Source: Cytophagales bacterium (GTDB lineage Bacteria > Bacteroidota > Bacteroidia > Cytophagales > Cyclobacteriaceae). From it: 50,734 nucleotides of DNA. The stretch spans positions 1 to 50,734 of the forward strand of contig JBBSOG010000001.1 of assembly GCA_038259985.1 (NCBI GenBank), written 5' to 3'. The notes beneath the pieces were generated by a model that was given only the letters and a program-made list of their open reading frames with translations, had not been told where the DNA came from and searched no databases. The position numbers were made by a program, and so were the translations under genes. Positions 48,757-50,734 of the stretch are shown piece by piece (the first letter of the stretch is position 1; the number at the start of each line of letters is the position of its first letter).

Positions 48757-50734
48757 CTACACACTGATGCGTTCAAAAGCCTGTGCATCCAACACGGCAA
48801 TGGCTACCATATTTACGATTTCGCGCACCGTGCTACCCTGTTGCAGGATATGCACCGGGCGGTTCATTCCCAATAGTATAGGCCCAATAGCTTCTGCTCC
48901 AGCCACTTCCATCAATAATTTATAAGCAATATTACCGGAGGCCAGGTTGGGAAAGATAAAAGTATTTGCCCCTTCTTCTACCAAGCGGCTGAAGGGGTAC
49001 ATTTCCCGCTGTAATTCAGTGTTCAATGCGGTATTGGCCTGGATATCACCTTCAATGACCATTTCGGGCCAGCGCTCTCTGGCCATCGTCACTGCTTTGG
49101 CTGTTTTTTCAGGAACCTCTCCTTTACTAGAACCAAAGTTAGAATAGGATAGTACCGCGATGCGAGGGGTAATGCCGAAAGAATGCACCGAAGAGGCGGT
49201 TAATCCAATAATATCAATAAGTTCTTCTGCTGTGGGATTTACGTTTACTGTGGTATCTGCAAAAAAGAACGTTCCTTTTTTATTGGTAATAATATACATA
49301 CCTGCCACGCGCTTCACTTCTTTGCTGACCCCAATCACTCTTAGGGAGGGCAATATTGTTTTAGGATAATCACTGGTAAGGCCCGATATAAAGGCATCGG
49401 CTTCTCCCGCTTCCACCATGCTGGTACCAAAATAATTGCGAGAACGCATGAGTTTATGAGCTTCGTCCCTGGTCATACCCTTGCGTTTCCTCTTTTCGTA
49501 CAGAAGATTACCATATTTCTCAACTTTCTTCTCATCCACGTGATACGGATCCACTATGGTGCAGGAAGACAATTCAAGTTTATGATCTTCTATCAAACCC
49601 TGGATTTTTTCTTGGTTGCCTAAAAGAATAGGAATAGCAATTTGTTCATCCTGAAGTATCTGAGCAGCCTTAAGAATTTTTTGGTCTTCAGCTTCAGCAA
49701 ATACCACTCTTTTGGGCTGCTTTTTGGCTTTGCTGATTACCTGCGACATAAGTTTTTGGTCAATGACGATACGGCGCTGAAGTTCCACATGGTACTGCTC
49801 CCAGTCAGTAATCTTTGTTCTTGCTACTCCGGTAGCTATTGCGGCTTTAGCGACTGCCGGGGAGATGGTCGTAATCAGGCGGGGGTCAAGTGGCTTAGGA
49901 ATTATATATTCCCTCCCAAATATGATTTTTTCGCTGCTATAGGCTTTGTTTACGATCTCCGGAGTAGGTTCTTTGGCTAGTATGGCCAGTGCTTTTACTG
50001 CCGCCAACTTCATTTCTTCATTAATGGCAGTGGCCCGCACATCCAGCGCACCTCTGAAAATATAAGGGAAACCCAGTACATTATTTACCTGATTAGGATG
50101 GTCAGAGCGGCCGGTAGCCATCACAATATCATCACGGCTTTCCATGGCCAGATCATAGCTTATTTCCGGATCAGGATTGGCCAGGGCAAATACAACAGGA
50201 TTGCTTGCCATAGAGCGGAGCATATCCTGCGTGACAATGTTGGCTGCCGAAAGTCCCAGAAACACATCTGCGCCTTTCATGGCCTCAGCCATAGAGTTTA
50301 CATTTCTATCCGTAGCAAAATACGCCCTAATTTCGTCAAGGTCTTCCCTTTTTGTATTAAGCACGCCATTGATGTCGCACATGACCACATGCTGAAGCTG
50401 AACGCCCAGCGACAAAAACAAACGGGTACAGGCTATGGCCGAAGCACCCGCACCACTGACTACCAACTTAATTTCTGAAGCTTTCTTATTGACCACTTCC
50501 AGGGCATTGGTCAGGGCCGCGCCGGTAATGATCGCTGTTCCGTGTTGATCATCATGGATCACCGGGATATTCATTACTTTTTTCAGGCGCTCTTCTATCT
50601 CAAAGAACTCGGGTGCCTTGATGTCTTCCAGGTTAATGCCGCCGATGTTAGGTTCTAAAGTCTGGACAATATGAACAAAAGCATCAGGATCAGTGAGGTT
50701 AATATCTAAATCAAAAACGTCTATGCCAGCAAAT
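48757..50734 (-). CDS. maeB: NADP-dependent malic enzyme with a phosphotransacetylase-like C-terminal domain; 5' end beyond the window
   Basis: The frame stays open to the window edge (FAGIDVFD...GGINLEDIKAPE...), then HDDQHGTA, GAGASA, ATGRSDHPNQVNN and a PTA-like domain (SYSNFGS, IFPNL). Confidence 0.96.
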   Translation of the reverse strand, partial: FAGIDVFDLDINLTDPDAFVHIVQTLEPNIGGINLEDIKAPEFFEIEERLKKVMNIPVIHDDQHGTAIITGAALTNALEVVNKKASEIKLVVSGAGASAIACTRLFLSLGVQLQHVVMCDINGVLNTKREDLDEIRAYFATDRNVNSMAEAMKGADVFLGLSAANIVTQDMLRSMASNPVVFALANPDPEISYDLAMESRDDIVMATGRSDHPNQVNNVLGFPYIFRGALDVRATAINEEMKLAAVKALAILAKEPTPEIVNKAYSSEKIIFGREYIIPKPLDPRLITTISPAVAKAAIATGVARTKITDWEQYHVELQRRIVIDQKLMSQVISKAKKQPKRVVFAEAEDQKILKAAQILQDEQIAIPILLGNQEKIQGLIEDHKLELSSCTIVDPYHVDEKKVEKYGNLLYEKRKRKGMTRDEAHKLMRSRNYFGTSMVEAGEADAFISGLTSDYPKTILPSLRVIGVSKEVKRVAGMYIITNKKGTFFFADTTVNVNPTAEELIDIIGLTASSVHSFGITPRIAVLSYSNFGSSKGEVPEKTAKAVTMARERWPEMVIEGDIQANTALNTELQREMYPFSRLVEEGANTFIFPNLASGNIAYKLLMEVAGAEAIGPILLGMNRPVHILQQGSTVREIVNMVAIAVLDAQAFERISV

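Overview
Chromosomal window from a Bacteroidota genome, probably Cytophagales-like. This is inferred from TAnnTTTG -7 promoter boxes, a solo dnaK, a group II GGGP synthase, a TonB receptor and many lipoproteins. Most of the window is ordinary: two-component systems, dnaK, a PQQ sugar dehydrogenase, glycerate kinase, serC, an S9 peptidase, a tesA-ybbA-ybbP-like ABC locus, sulfite oxidase plus cytochrome c, truA, an ABC exporter and a partial maeB. Three things stand out. (1) Integron-cassette-like units with no integrase in the window: a two-cassette array at ~16.7-18.4 kb (a nonsense-interrupted ORF and an MntA-HepT toxin-antitoxin pair) and a solo lipoprotein cassette at ~42.1-42.8 kb. They are bounded by a related family of 125-155 bp attC-like imperfect palindromes, and in the array each cassette's start GTT core pairs with its own downstream AAC core. 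(2) A 16-bp GC-rich mini-hairpin insertion frameshifts the HEPN toxin just before its catalytic motif. (3) A 33.3-39.8 kb stress/hypoxia-type cluster around a REC-CRP/FNR regulator, with three promoters that each carry two TGA-N6-TCA-type boxes exactly 23 bp apart, and an orphan MreB paralogue. No rRNA, tRNA or CRISPR array was seen.
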